Source: Octopus vulgaris (Eukaryota). Taken from it: 64,000 bases of DNA. Each line of letters starts with the position of its first letter. The first letter of the stretch is position 1. The notes beneath the pieces were generated by a model. That model searched no databases and was not told where the DNA came from. It saw nothing but the letters and a program-made list of their open reading frames with translations. The stretch is taken from assembly GCA_951406725.2 (NCBI GenBank), contig OX597819.1, positions 27,838,001-27,902,000 on the forward strand, in the 5' to 3' direction. A program made the position numbers and the translations under genes. This document shows, in pieces, positions 1 through 13,559 of this stretch.

Positions 1-2463
1 GATCTATGGTGTACGCTGCATTTTCCCAGCTCTACAATGTACACCCCTTTCCTCTCCTCTACATTGTGCACCCTCTTTATCATTTAAAAAAAAATTATAA
101 TGAATTCTTTCAGCCATCACTCTCTTCACAGCATCTGGAAAATTCAGTTGAATTATAATTAACTTGTGTACAGGAAATCAATAGTATTATCATTCTGCAT
201 ATCACTAAGTAAACCTGTTATCTGGCAAAATTTAAATGTTACCAAATCCTGTGACAAGTCATAACAATGAACCTGCTTATCTTCCTTGCCACCACCCCTA
301 ACTCTGTCCTCTACCCATTGTTCCAAGAATATCATCTTGTTTTCTGTTTATTATTTAGATTTCATAATTTCATAGGAAATTATGTTGTTCAGAATTTGTG
401 TAGCACCTCAGGTAATCTAGCTTACTCAGGTGTGTAGTATCAGCCTTTTATGTTGGACTACATTATCTAAAGTGTTCTTTCTTTATGTCAGACAATAGTG
501 TTTGGTTTGCAGGTGATCTGATGGCTATTTCTTGCTTGTTGGTTCAATGTAGGATTTTAAAAAAAAATTAGACAGTAAAATGTATATTTTGTCAGTGTAG
601 ACCTCTTCTGACATATGTATAGTCTTGGAAACTTTATAGATCAATACAAGATTGGGAAAAAATCATAGTTTACAGAACAGGAGATCTATAACTTTTCCAA
701 TTATCTGATGTTGCTATTTTATTCACTTATTTTTATTTACTGTTCTCTTCCATTATTTAACCAGATCTCAATGGCTAATCTTTTTTTAAAAAAAAAATGT
801 CCAATTTTCTTATTTTCTTTATCTTCTGTTAACAATCAAATATTCATTACTTAGGAATTTTCCAATTACTTTGCAATGGCTAAGATAATTATTTTGTATT
901 CCTATATCATATTGTCATAATCGTACTACCATTTTGCTATTAATGGATCTGTGATTTACTAATGCATTTTTAATAATCCGACATGAAGGTCACTAACCAA
1001 CATCCTCTATTCTCTGGTCCTCAGATATTTTTCCTCTCTCTGACTTTTCTGCTCCTATAGTAATCTCTTCTTGAAACTCAAGCACTCCCAATTCACACAC
1101 CTCTTCTCCCCCATATTGTGTTCACCCCCATAGATACATTTAGTGAGTGTCTATGTATTCAGTTCTTCATTGCCAGAACATCAACTTTTTTTAATTCCTT
1201 GCTTGCACATGTTTTCCCTGTACAGCAATCTTATTTATCTCACCAGTATTAGAGTGCCTGTAACCCTACTGTAGAAGCTCTCTCTTCTTCGATGGAAGCT
1301 GGAGAATTAGAAGAGAGTGCAGGGAGTATTTTGTCTAAGTTAATAGTTCAGTGTCAATTTCAAAGTTTTTTTTTTTATCTCTTTGACAATGTCAGTTCAC
1401 CACCTCCAGTTAGACAACATATTGACAGACATTAGAGTGTAGTATTCATTTCATTTCCCTATAGTCTGAGGTCAAATCTCACTGGAGTGATCTTTGTCTT
1501 TTGTCCTTTTGAGGTCAATTTGTGGAACTTTTAAAGGGTCAGGCAAGATGATTTGTGGTATCTGTTCTGGATCTTTTGTGTTCTTACAGTGATACTTGTG
1601 ATGACACTGGAGCTAAGCTGTAGTGCTCCAAGTCAGTGGCTTTTCTCCTGGATAAATATCACTGATTAGAGAGGGGAGACTTGCATGCTTGGACAAGTGC
1701 TAGTCTCCTTAAAAAAAATTACCCAGGCCTGTGCAAATGTGCAGATACAAGGTCAACCTTAATTGCTAGTGGCTCTAACAACATTTAGTCTAACACCACA
1801 TCCAAGTATTCATTTTATCATTTTTCATTTTTCTTTCAAAAGATAAGGTGACTGAATTGAAACACTGGACATAAAAATGAGATCAAACATTTTCTGTAAC
1901 AATATTGTGCACTACTTAGCAAAGCACATTTTTTGGTTTTACAAATTTTTTTGAAAGTTGTCTTTAATAGGAAAGAAATCAAACTAAACAAGATAAAGGA
2001 AAGAAATCCCTGGAAAATTTTATATAAAGCAGATTTCAAAGAAAATGGTAAAACCCCAACCTCACTCTTATCCTGTCAGTTTCTTTTAGGAAAAGTAATA
2101 ATTATTTTAGTTCTGCTGCTATTTTTAAAAAGATATAGTTTTGAAATCTGTTGTTTCCAAATTCTTGTATATATATATGTATATATTTTATAAATCTGTT
2201 CCTTCTTCCATGTAAACAAGAAACGGCTTAGCTGGCAATCTTGTCTAGCTTTGTAGAGAGCATAACTTTGAAAAGACAACAGATATAATAGTCATTAATC
2301 TCTGTCATACAAAAACTACTTTGTCAAATATCTAGTTATGGTCATAGGGAAATGTCATTTTACTTGAATATAAAGTGCTAGAGATATTTTAGGTATAAAA
2401 ATCAATAGGTCTGCATTTTTAAAACAATTTTAACATCGATATTATTATAAGTCTCATTGAATT

Positions 2464-2870
2464 ATCATCATCATCATCATTTAACATCCATTTTCCATGC
2501 TAGCATGGGTTGGACGGTTCGACCAGGATCTGGGAAGCCAGAAGGCTGCACCAGGCTCCAGTCTGATCTGGCAGTGTTTCTACAGCTGGATGCCTTTCCT
2601 AACGCCAACCACTCCGTGAGTATAGTGGATGTGCCACCGGCACAGGTGCCACGCGAGGCTGGCAACGGCCACGATCGGATTGGTGCTTTTTACGTGCTAC
2701 CGGCACGGAAGCCAGTCAAGGCGGCGCTGGCATCAGCTACGTTCGGATGGTGCGTTTTACATGCCACCGGCACGGAAGCCAGTCAAGGTGGCACTGGCAT
2801 CAGCCATGTTTGGATGGTGCTTTTTACATGCCACTGGCACAGGGATCACAACTACTATTTCCATATCTCG
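2464..2870 (-). mobile_element. RTE-like LINE 3'-UTR fragment ('family C', GAT-repeat tail) with internal ~60-nt direct repeats
   Basis: Matches the 3' UTR of the LINE at 26258-27531; (CAT)n tail at 2464-2480; repeated gccaccggcacggaagccagtcaagg units. Explains ORFs 2457..2939, 2477..2665, 2629..2874 and 2747..2953. Confidence 0.8.
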
Positions 2871-2886
2871 CTAGCCACTACACATT

Positions 2887-3045
2887 CTTTATTTTCTCTC
2901 CTTGTTTCCTTCTGTGTTCTTTTCTGTGGAAAAGTGTAGGCTCGAAACATTAAAGACTTTTTCACTTCCCAAGCACTATACTAATGCATCTGTTTGTTGT
3001 CTACACCACCTGTCTTCGTCTTTTGTTTTTTTGTGAATTCTCCCT
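2887..3045 (+). mobile_element. Penelope-like terminal repeat fragment with degenerate hammerhead-like motif; related copies at ~14719-14842, ~36530-36690, ~51121-51280
   Basis: Shared sequence ctgtngaagagc(a/g)taggctcgaaac..aaagactt...cacacctgtcttc; most copies end at a TA-rich microsatellite. Confidence 0.55.
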
Positions 3046-3543
3046 ATATATATATATATATATATATATAATTACAAATGATACATTAAAATGCATCACA
3101 ATTTTCTTTGGTGATATCCTTTCCTAATGCAATGGCAAATGATCTTTTTGTTAGGGTCTTTCAGCTCATGATCATAAAGTTGTAGGTTCAGTTCTTGGAC
3201 CAGACATTATATTGTGTTTCTGAGCAAAGCACTCCATTTCACATAGCTTCAGTTTATTCATCTGTAATGAATACATGTCAGCAGCCACATCTTGGATGTT
3301 CTGTTTGGTCAAGAGTGAGGGACTAAGAGGGTATCTATCTACTCATGATTACATAAGCATCTATAAGCAATTAGCAAGAGCATGTTACATATTACCAAGT
3401 CATACCCACTTACAAGTGGTGGCTGGCTATATTTATCCTTTATAATTGTTATTTGATTTTTGCTCAGTTTTGTGATAACGTATAAATTCTGGAGATGTAC
3501 TTGCATAGCAAGTGACCTGATCTGAGATCGTGTGCAGGAACAA

Positions 3544-3803
3544 AAACAATTGCAGCATGGAAGGTGTTTATAAGCCAGTTAAGAAACACACAAAGACTGT
3601 TAAATTTAATTTGCCAAAATATTTTCGTTGCTTTGAGACCGCGACCTGTTCACTGCAGCATGGAATCTTGTCAGTGAACAGGTCTCATGGTCTCAAAGCA
3701 ACGAAAATATTTTGGCAAATTAAATTTAAATGTATAAGTGAATCTAGCGGTTTTTGTGTGTTTCTTAAATGGCTTATAAAAACCTTTCACGCTGCAATTG
3801 TTT
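3544..3803. repeat. ~260-bp foldback palindrome (MITE-like)
   Basis: Arms aaacaattgcagc...aatttgccaaaatattttcgttgctttgagacc..gacctgttcactg and cagtgaacaggtc..ggtctcaaagcaacgaaaatattttggcaaatt...gctgcaattgttt are reverse complements around a ~16-nt spacer. Confidence 0.9.
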
Positions 3804-6800
3804 ATATACAAATGCATTAAATTGCTTTTCTAAATCCAAATTCTGATCATTCCATGGCTTAGTGATGGGAACTAAAGACAGTTGTTATTCTATAGATCTT
3901 CAAGTATTACATGAATGTGAGACAACCATTCCCTTAGGATATAATGTTGTATTGTAGTCTTTTACTGATTCCATTGTTAGACAGTGACCATTTTGGGACA
4001 CTGCTTTCAAAGGTGTAGTTGAATTTATTGATTGGTTCTTACTAAGTCAACCTCTGATGACTAGAAGGCAAAGACAACCTGGACAAGATTTGAACTTGAA
4101 ATGTAGAGGGATGTAACATACACTCAATAAACTTCTTTCAGTTTCTGTCTACCAAATCCACTCACAAACTTTGATTGGCCTGAGGCTGTAGTGGAAGATA
4201 CTTACACAAGGTTTCACATAATGGGACTGAACCCATGGCAAAATGGTTGAAGCAAGCTTATTAACCACCCCTGCGTGCACCTGTGTGTGTGAATTGGACA
4301 ACCAACATCTAAAAACATCTGTGTAGTATAAATACAAAAGTAAAAGATTAAGCCGGATTTCTTCATAATTAGGATCTGGTCGTGTTCTGATTGTAAACAG
4401 AAACCAGATGCCAACAGTGAGAACTATTTATAGTTTAGAGGTTACTAGTGAAACAGGTGTAAACAATATTGCAATGCTACCCTCTGAAACTAATAACAAC
4501 AATGTCAAACAGCTAGTACAAATATTTTCATCCAAAAGATAAGACTGGCTGGGATAGTTCTAGAAATGTTAAAGTTACTGTAGATTCTGGAACATTATCT
4601 GTTCTAGTGGGAGTTATGGTAGTAATAAGAAAATATGGTTATCCTCAAAGAAAAAAAACACAAACAACCAAACTAAAAAAAATTCAGGACACAGCCTTTC
4701 TTTTAGTGATACATGTTGTTTAGTTCAGATTAGCTTTGATCAAAGAGATATGGTCAAAGATGTTCCAGCCATGACCATTTTAGTTTTTTTCAGGCATGGT
4801 TTATCTAAGACTGTGTTATCCAACATGTTCTTCTACTTTAAAAATGTGCAATGTGTTTTGACAGTCTGGGTCTCTCAAAATGTACTCTGGTGAACACTGA
4901 ACTTCAGTTTTCGTTATTGTGGTGGTGAAGATGAAGGCAAGAGGCTAGCTAGCTAGATAGATAGCTAGAGAGGAGGAAGCTGTGACACATCACTTCCACC
5001 ACCATCTACCATTATCGTCTCTTATTTCCTTTTTTCTTTGTTTTTTTTCTTGCTCTCATTTGAGTTACCAACCCCACTTTGTAAGACATAGACCATAGGA
5101 CTATACTATTGCATTAATAATATGGATAATACATATAAATGGAAACATCCACCTAAATATATAAGTGTCAGTTTTCTCACCAGGTTGCCAGTCTATCAAA
5201 CTTTAGCTACAGTAAACTGGTTTGCTATTCTTCTTAATTATAAAGCAAAACTGAGAAAAACACACGTACATACTCTCACAGACATTGGTCTAACTGTTAA
5301 TTATGTCACTGTTTTGAAAACAACCTACCTAGTTTCTGGAACAATAAATTATGCTCACATTAACAGAACAGTGCCCTTTACTGTTGAGCTTTGAAAAAAA
5401 GAGAAAAAAAAGATAGTAACTACAGTAATTTAATTTGCCTGATTTAAATAATTACTTAGTGTTTACTTTTGTCCCTCTTTTTTGAATTGAAATTCTACTG
5501 AAGCTTACTTGGTCCTTCAGTTGTTCAGAATCATTAAAATGATACCGGTAATATACTGGTGTTATCTTCATTGCTTGTATACCGATTTCTGTAGAAAGTG
5601 GTTTTGTGCCTTGTCAGTCGAAAACTCAATATTATTACATTGGAAAGCTGATAAAAAGGATGTTGAGTTTCTTTCAAAACATTTCTTGTTTAATTTAATA
5701 TTGGAGGTGGTAGTATGATTTGTAGCAACCCACTTTTGCTTATCTATGGTTGTTGTTGTCATTGGTTAATCCCAGGCAATCCTGGGATAAGCAGGCCCAT
5801 GGTTCAATGATGTACCTGTAGCGAACATTTGTCTTTTTGTACATATGTGACTGCATTGTCTAATGTGCACTTCATTAAGATGACAGAATGTCAGATGACT
5901 GTATAGAGTTATAGTCATAGACTGTAGCCTTTAAATCTCTCTGTTGCTGACTAATCTTTTATTCTGTTGAAATTAATAAGTAATAAGCTAGAGCATTGTT
6001 ATTTGGTCATAGCTTCACTCCTACAAATTTGTTTGAGTTGAAAGAAATTCTTATCATAAAATTAGAATTCCATTCAGATAAAGATCCATAACCTTGATTT
6101 CACTTTGTCAGGATATTTGAATAGAACAAAATAGTAACAAACAAAAAAAAAGACGCAATTATCAATGCTGAATGCTTAATCGAGGTCAACATAAGTATAG
6201 CATGTTCATTAACAATATGTTTTATCAAAAACTTTATCTTATTAAAAAATATTTAATCTAATGTTATCAATGGTCTACTCACAATCACTACCTTGTGTCA
6301 TAACTATCATGTCATTTGTAAAAAATTTTTTGTCTGTTCCATTTCAGTTGTATCTAATGAATATTTAGTTGCTGATAAACGAGTTATAACTATTTTTATC
6401 CTTACTCAAACCAGCTAAATCTGACCACCATAAAGAGTGTGTGTGTTGAAACTAATATTATTAAGCAATATTGTTATGTAACTTTGGGAACTAAGAATCT
6501 CATTTTCACATAGCCTTAAGAAGTCACATTTGATTTATTCTTTTTCTTTCCTTTACTTTTTTTTTTATCATTTTATATGAATTCATTGACATATCTAAGT
6601 TAATCTTGTTCCACAAAGATCCATGCAGCAATAATTATCCCTGGGTTGGTGTTAAGCCAGAAGTTTGTTGAGTCTCTGTAGATCAGATGCTAATCTATTG
6701 CATGTAACTTTTTTTTCCTGTGGAAAGTAATGAACTGAGCAATGTAAGCCAAGCCAAGAAATCACTTATTAATTTCACAGCTCTGCCACTGTTTATAGCA

Positions 6801-6921
6801 AGGCAGATTTGGCTGATTGCTAAGTGTTTTGGTGATGGACACATCCAGTGATGTTGGTAGCATATGAATCACTAATCTGTTCATTATTAAATTGGATGTC
6901 TGCACTCTCAACATATCTCTT

Positions 6922-7326
6922 TCTCTTTTACTTGTTTCAGTCATTTGACTGCGGCCATGCTGGAGCACCGCCTTTAGTCGAGCAAATCGACCCCGGGACT
7001 TATTCTTTGTAAGCCCAGTACTTATTTTATTGGTCCCTTTTGCCGAACTGCTAAGTGACGGGGACGTAAACACACCAGCATCGGTTGTCAAGCAATGCTA
7101 GAGGGACAAACACAGGCACACAAACGTATACACAGACATACACACACACATATATATATATACGACAGGCTTCTTTCAGTTTCCGTCTACCAAATCCACT
7201 CACAAGGCTTTGGTCAGCCCGAGGCTATAGCAGAAGACACTTGCCCAACATGCCACGCAGTGGGACTGAACCCGGAACCATGTGGTTGGTTACCAAGCTA
7301 CTTACCACACAGCCACTCCTGTGCCT
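6922..7326 (-). mobile_element. Full-length tRNA-headed SINE ('family A1'); other copies at 21272-21653 (+), 37805-38176 (-) and split at 23520-24370 (-)
   Basis: On the - strand: A-box-like tggctgtgtggtaag, B-box-like gggttcagtccc, CORE-like ttgggcaagtgtctt, central TA/TG microsatellite and tail ...gactgaaacaagtaaaagag; multiple similar copies in the window. Confidence 0.9.
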
Positions 7327-8530
7327 ATGTAGTAAAACTGAGAAAGATAATGGATTGTGTGTTTGTCATTTCGGTTTTGTGTTGTGGTTCATATGGGTAT
7401 AGCAGTTTATATTGAAAAAATGTGAATTTTCCTCGGTTTGAAATCCAAGGTTTGAAAACTGAATTTGTACTAAAATGGAAATCCAGATTTTATGAAATCC
7501 AAATTTTTGGAATGCATATTTTTGAAAATCCAAATTTGTGAGGCCAGGTTTTGTATGAGGCCAATTTTGGTGAAACCAAAAGCCAGGATTCAGAGTCCGA
7601 ATTTTTGAACTTTATATATATATGTTACCTTTCTAAATATTTTGACTGCATGTTTGGTGTGGCATTTGCTTTTTGTTTGTGTATATATTTGTTTTGTATG
7701 TAAGCTGTTTTTTATGCTGACTATTAATGATATTTTACAAAAAATTTCATGGTGTGTTGTTGTTTGGGTTCACCCTATCCTTGTTGATTCTGTAAATTTG
7801 GGTTATGGCCACCAGGTCATAACAAATTAGTTCATATCGTAACCGTGAATTAGTTTGAGCAGACAGAATTTAATTTAGGAGTGGTTCTATGTCATTGTTA
7901 AAACAGATTAATATAGCAAGCAATCCCTTTCATTATGGAAATGTTTGCACTCATGAATGATTTACCATAACCTGGTATTCTGTAATGCAAAACCTATTTT
8001 CCCACTGACTTCCACGTTATATAAATTGATAAGTGTTTTTATGGAATTTTCTTGAAAAAATAAGTACAGCCACATTTATGCATGAAAATAATCATTTCTA
8101 AATAGATACATACAGACAAACATTTGAAGAGATAAAAATTGACATTTAGCTTTTGTCTGATGACCGTCAGCTTTATAAGCGTATTGCATCATTGATCCTT
8201 GCACTCTGGAGCTTTTTGTAATACATCAAGCTTAACATCCATTATAATTTCTTTGAAAACTCCTTTTCACACTTTGCTGTCACTTGATAGCTTATTTCCT
8301 ATCTTCTTGAATAAGGATAATGCTCTGTAGTATTTAGGTTTGTAAAAGTGAATGTCAACAGCAATGGCAATAGAGAAGAGATCCACACTAAATATTCGTT
8401 ATTTCTACAAAAAAAAAAAAAGAAAATTCCATGTACATTGTGATTTTAGGTTTTAAAAATTTTTAAGTTTCCCTAATTTTTCATAAGCATAAAATTACTA
8501 ACCATATTCCATAGGAACAAGCATGGCAGT

Positions 8531-8935
8531 AGGCATTGGCATGGCTATGTGGTCAAGAAGCTTACTTCCAACTATGTGGTCTTTGGTTCAGTTCCACTGC
8601 ATGGCACTTTGGGCAAGTGCTTTCTACTATAACCCCAGGTCAAATGAAATCTTGTGAGGGGATTTGGTGGACATAAACTGAAAGAAGCCTGTCATGTGTA
8701 TGTGTCCTTTTGTCTTGACATTATGGTTGTAAATGAGCATCACTGTCATATAAGCGATGTTGTTTATTTACAATCTTCCATGAAAGACATGTCTGGCCAT
8801 GGCTAAATATTTATTACCTTGCTTAGAAATAGGTGAGGGTTGGTGACAGGAAGAGTATCCAAATGTAGAAAATCTACCTCAACAGATTTCATCTGACCCA
8901 GGCAAACATGGAACAGTGGATGTTAAAAGATGATG
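8531..8935 (+). mobile_element. tRNA-headed SINE with alternative GAT-ending tail ('family A2'); other copies at 9393-9789 (+), 14031-14421 (-), 29397-29822 (-) and split at 58515-59055 (+)
   Basis: Same head as family A1; tail ...ggtgagggttggtgacaggaag.g.atcc...catggaa.agtggatgttaaa.gatgatg. Confidence 0.85.
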
Positions 8936-11900
8936 GTCCAGAATTATGGGACATACTTTTTTTACAATTTCGTATGTGTGAAACTTCCCAACCTGAATAA
9001 GGTCTTTGTATTATGAATAGTTTTTGTAATTGCTAGAATTTTATCAATGAGCTAATCTTATAATTATTTATTGGAAAAGTATTGTGCGTATGCATCTCAG
9101 TATTTAGGTAGTTTGTAATATTGTCATTTGTAAATGAGAATTGTGAAACAGCAAAATGTAGGTTAATGAGCTTTAGTTTAAACATTTTGAAAAATGACCA
9201 CCGTTCACTATCTTCTGTTGTTTACTTAGATGCTTCAATTTGTGGCTTCCCCTTTAATGGAGCTTTGTATGTGAAACAGATATGTCATTTGTACAGTATT
9301 TATTATGTGATGATGATATGAACAACAGCAAGTTAGGACACTTACTATTAGTTCAATCTTAATTGACAAATTTGCTATATTTATCATCCAACAGGCACTG
9401 GTGTGGCTGTGTGGTTAGAAGTTTGCTTTCAACCACATGGTTTTGAGTTCAATCCCACTCTCTGGTACCTTGGGCAAGTGTCTTATATTATAGATTCAGG
9501 TCCTTCAAAGCTTTGTGGATTTTGTAGACAAAAGATTGAAAGGTGCCCATAATATGTGTGTCTGTATGTTTCTGTCCCCTTGCCTGATAATTGTAAAGGG
9601 TCACTGTCATGCAAGTGTTGCACTTTGTTTCCTGTATTCTGTGAAAACATTTCTGGTCATGAGGAAATATTATCTTACTTGGAAACAGGCGAAGGTTGGT
9701 GACAGGAAAACCATCCCACTGTATAAAATCTGCATCAACAAATTCTGTCTGACCCAGTGGTAAAATGAATGTTAAAACAATGATAATGAAGAGGAGAAAT
9801 GTAGTGACTATTTTACAGAGAATAAACATGCAAGGAAAAGTTCCTCAGTCTAGAGTTTCTTTCACTAAAGAACTACATGTCACATTTTGTGCTAGGGAAG
9901 AGTGAGATAGCATGTCTTTGGTGATTTGCAGAGAGATTGATGATATGGCTACTTCCTGTGTGATGTAAGTTTGGAAGAGTAGCATGATTATGGGTCGGCA
10001 TATGAAGATTGGTTTATGGATGCTTCTGAAAGAAAATATAGTTTTTGGGATACTGTTGTAGCTGTCAATTTTCTATCATTCTATAGTTAGCTAGGCAAGC
10101 AGTGTCTCCAGAATTTGGCCTAATGAAAACCAAAGCAATTTACATTCAGCAACATTTCCTGATAATTTTACCTTAGACTGTTCATCACTTCCATGAATAT
10201 ATTATAAAAATCCTGGCAGTTTAATATTTCTAAAAAACATTTTTTAATATACGCTATAGATGATATGAAGTTGAATGAAATTATTTATATAGTGTGCCAG
10301 AAGTTTGATAAACTCTTTTGACCTTATGCAATGAGTGTCTGTTATTTCTTCTGTTTCCCATGTATTGTAAGTTTGCATAATTTAGCAGCTTGAAGCTTTC
10401 AGTTGACAAAAAGATTCATCTGTACATGAGAGATTGCACTGATATTGTACTACAGATTTGAGCTCTATTGGCTGGATGTATAATGTAAACACAAGGCTAA
10501 ATATAACTGAGTAGAGAGAGTAGTTGAAAGCATTATTGGCCAGTGCATTTCTTTTCAGTTATATAGATATGTCTTAAATGTAAATTAATGCTACACAATG
10601 GAGAAAGGTTTGTAAGATGGTTCCATGAGTTGGAAGTCGGGTAAAATAGTAGTTAAATTAGATAAGAGAGAATTAGGTTTTACAGTGATAACATATGCTA
10701 GGGATGTATGGAAAGGTCATTGGGAAGGCCTGTCATAATATAATAGCGTAGCATAGAAAAACAGCTTATTTAAATAATATCAATATTGACTTTCAAAAGA
10801 GCAGAGGTTATGTAGAATCAGTAGAGTGTCAAGCAAAATATATTGCAGTATTTAGTTACATCTCTTTACGTTTTGAGTTCAAATCCTGCTGAGGTCAACT
10901 TTGCCTTTTGTCCTTCTAGAGTTGATAAAATAATACTAGCTGAGAACTAGAGTCAGTCTAATTGACTGTACTCTCCCTTAAATTTTGTTGCTTTGTACCA
11001 ATTGTAGAAATTAGTATTGACTTTCAAAGGTAGTATTGAAGAGTCTACAACTCTCTCTTCCTCTAGATAGAGTGTTTCATTTGATAAGGATTGTGTAGTT
11101 AAAGCACAACTATGATGTTTTAAAGTCCCAACCCAAAAACATTTTATAATGACTCTAAAAATACATTTTTTTAATGAGTTAATCAAGGAAAGAAGTCCAG
11201 TATCCATGACCTTTGCTGGCTCTGCTAGAGTAATGAGGTGGTTGTGATTAATGCCCAGCTTGAACTTTTTCAAGTCAGTGTGGGCTGCATGGAAACTAGG
11301 AGTCTGGTCTGAATATTTGCAACTAATGAGTAAACTCTGCTAAAGGCACTTCAAGACCAGGTGATGGTTTTGTACTTTAAAAATATGCCAGAAGGAAACT
11401 GAAAAGGTGCTCCAGTCTTGCAATATGTTAATGGTCAGGTGTTAACTTCCTGAAAATATATTCATTGATGTCTCGGAATCATTCCAATTTATCAATTGGC
11501 AAATATAGTGAAATGTTTAATGCACACTATTTTAAAATTGCATGTAGGAGAAACTGGCACATTTTAAATTGAGGAATGTTTGGTAGAATTAGCTTTGCTA
11601 AAGAATGCATAGCTCTTGGTATAGGATTAAGTTGTTTTCTATTTTTAAAATGTAAAATTTCAAACTTTATGCCAATAAATTCACTTTTACTCTCTCTCTC
11701 TCCCACTTGCTCCTATTTCATTGTCTTTTTGTTCATTAAATTAGTGAAAAAATTTATTTCTGGAACATAGTTGGCAAACATGGCAGCATGGCAACAAGAT
11801 GATGTAGTTAGTGTCTGGTTTAATGTCTCAGATTTCTGTGTCCAAATTCCACTGGCGCTGTTAAAATGGTAGTGTTACACTTTGAGGTTGAGTCAGTCGA

Positions 11901-13559
11901 CTAAACTGTCTTGCGTTGCAAGAAGAATTTTGAATGACATTACTCTTTTACTTCATTACCTGTTTCAGCCTGTTAGCTGTGGCCATGCTGAATTACTGCC
12001 TCATAATTTTGTTATTTCAATTTTAAATTATAATTTTCAGTAAATGCTGTACCATAAGATATTTCAGATGAATTCTCAGGAAGTTAAGCATATTATTTTC
12101 TCACTTTAAAAAATGAAGGAAAAAAACCTGTTTGATTATGATATTAGAAGTGCAGTGTTTATTCTTGATTATATTTCCTGGTATTCAAAACTGTCTAGAT
12201 GAATACATAGCTTGCAAACTGTACAGTATAGATTTTTTAGTACTTGGTAGTTGCCAATCCTCTTTGAACATTAAAATTGTTTGTTTCCTATTGTTCTTTT
12301 TTTTTTTAATTTTATTTTCATATTATTTTGCTTAATAATGTTGTTGAGTTCTTTTTGTAAACATACTGTTAAAACTCTTCAAGCCTGGAATTAGTTGTTA
12401 GAAATACTTAACACCATCTCATTGTGTGTAGCCTCAAAACTGAATACTCTATAGCTGCTCTGTTCATGAAATCATACATGTTATTGTCATTTGAAGTCCA
12501 TAAGTGTTGCTGATGACTGAAACAAAATGATATTGATCATCTTGTATGTCCTTAAATTGTTATTTGGTCATTGTACGTACTTAAATAGAATTTAATCACA
12601 ACGGTTGTACTGTGTCTATAGCAAAGACAGTACTTAACTCTTACAAGCTGATTCTTCCTAACTAGAAATAACTATGCTGGGTTAGTAACACAAGCACTGA
12701 CTGTGCCTAGTTAATATAAAGTGTTGAACTCAAGCCTTCTTTCGATCCAAGAGATAGCATATGGAAATTATTGTACATTCAGAGAATCCAGAAAATGTTT
12801 CATCTACAGAATTACTAGAAATTGTTTTTGAGTTAGCAGTTACTATTTGGCTACAAAAACCAAATGATTCTCTTCTTGGTCTCAATATTGCAAATATAAT
12901 GTCTTCTGTAAGTCAAGTCAGGTTAAAAGAATACAACTTATCTTTACCAAGGAGATTTACAGAAGCGTTTCTATATGAATTAATGTTTCTTGTCTGTTTA
13001 GCTGAGATTCTACTGAAATTTTTGCTTAAAAAAAAAATGTGTTGTGGTCCCCTTTTTATATAAAAGATAGATTTGTTATTTTATTACATCCCAGGATCAT
13101 TGTTTTTCATCTTCAAACATACATTTAACCTAGCTTCTATTCTGAACTTCCACTTTCTTGCTTGATACAAATGTTAATATTTACAGAACTGTCCATCTGT
13201 TTGTTTGCACTATGGGCAAGAGTGTATGCCAAAAGAAAAATGTTCACTGGCTTCTAATGAGACACTGGTACTTCAAATGAGAAGTAAATAGCTGTCTTAA
13301 CTAGTATCAGTATTTGGTGTCTTAATTTTTTATATTTTTAGGTCAATAGAATTATATAGGACAAAGACAACTGTTGTACTGCTACCAGTAGAGAAATAAT
13401 CTCACTTCTACTACTACAAATTGTTTACATAGGGTTATAAGAAAATATGTTTTTTCGTGACTGTGTAATTACAAGCTTCAACATTTCAATGTATGTGTAG
13501 CATATTATTAACTTGGCAAAATTTTCAAATTTGGTGGGTGTATGATTATATATATATAT

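Noticed and set aside
2457-2939. 160-aa ORF starting with poly-His, and similar 'QLDALPNANHS' or 'HHHHLTSAFHASMGW' ORFs elsewhere
   Set aside because: Translations of the RTE 3'-UTR repeat and its (CAT)n tail, not a gene family
7255-7326. tRNA-like A/B boxes here and at ~20092, ~47420 and ~55277
   Set aside because: SINE heads continuing into SINE bodies; no complete cloverleaf or oligo-T terminator
12761-13063. 100-aa ATG-initiated ORF in non-repeat-looking sequence
   Set aside because: No recognisable domain or splice context; length is within chance expectation for 64 kb
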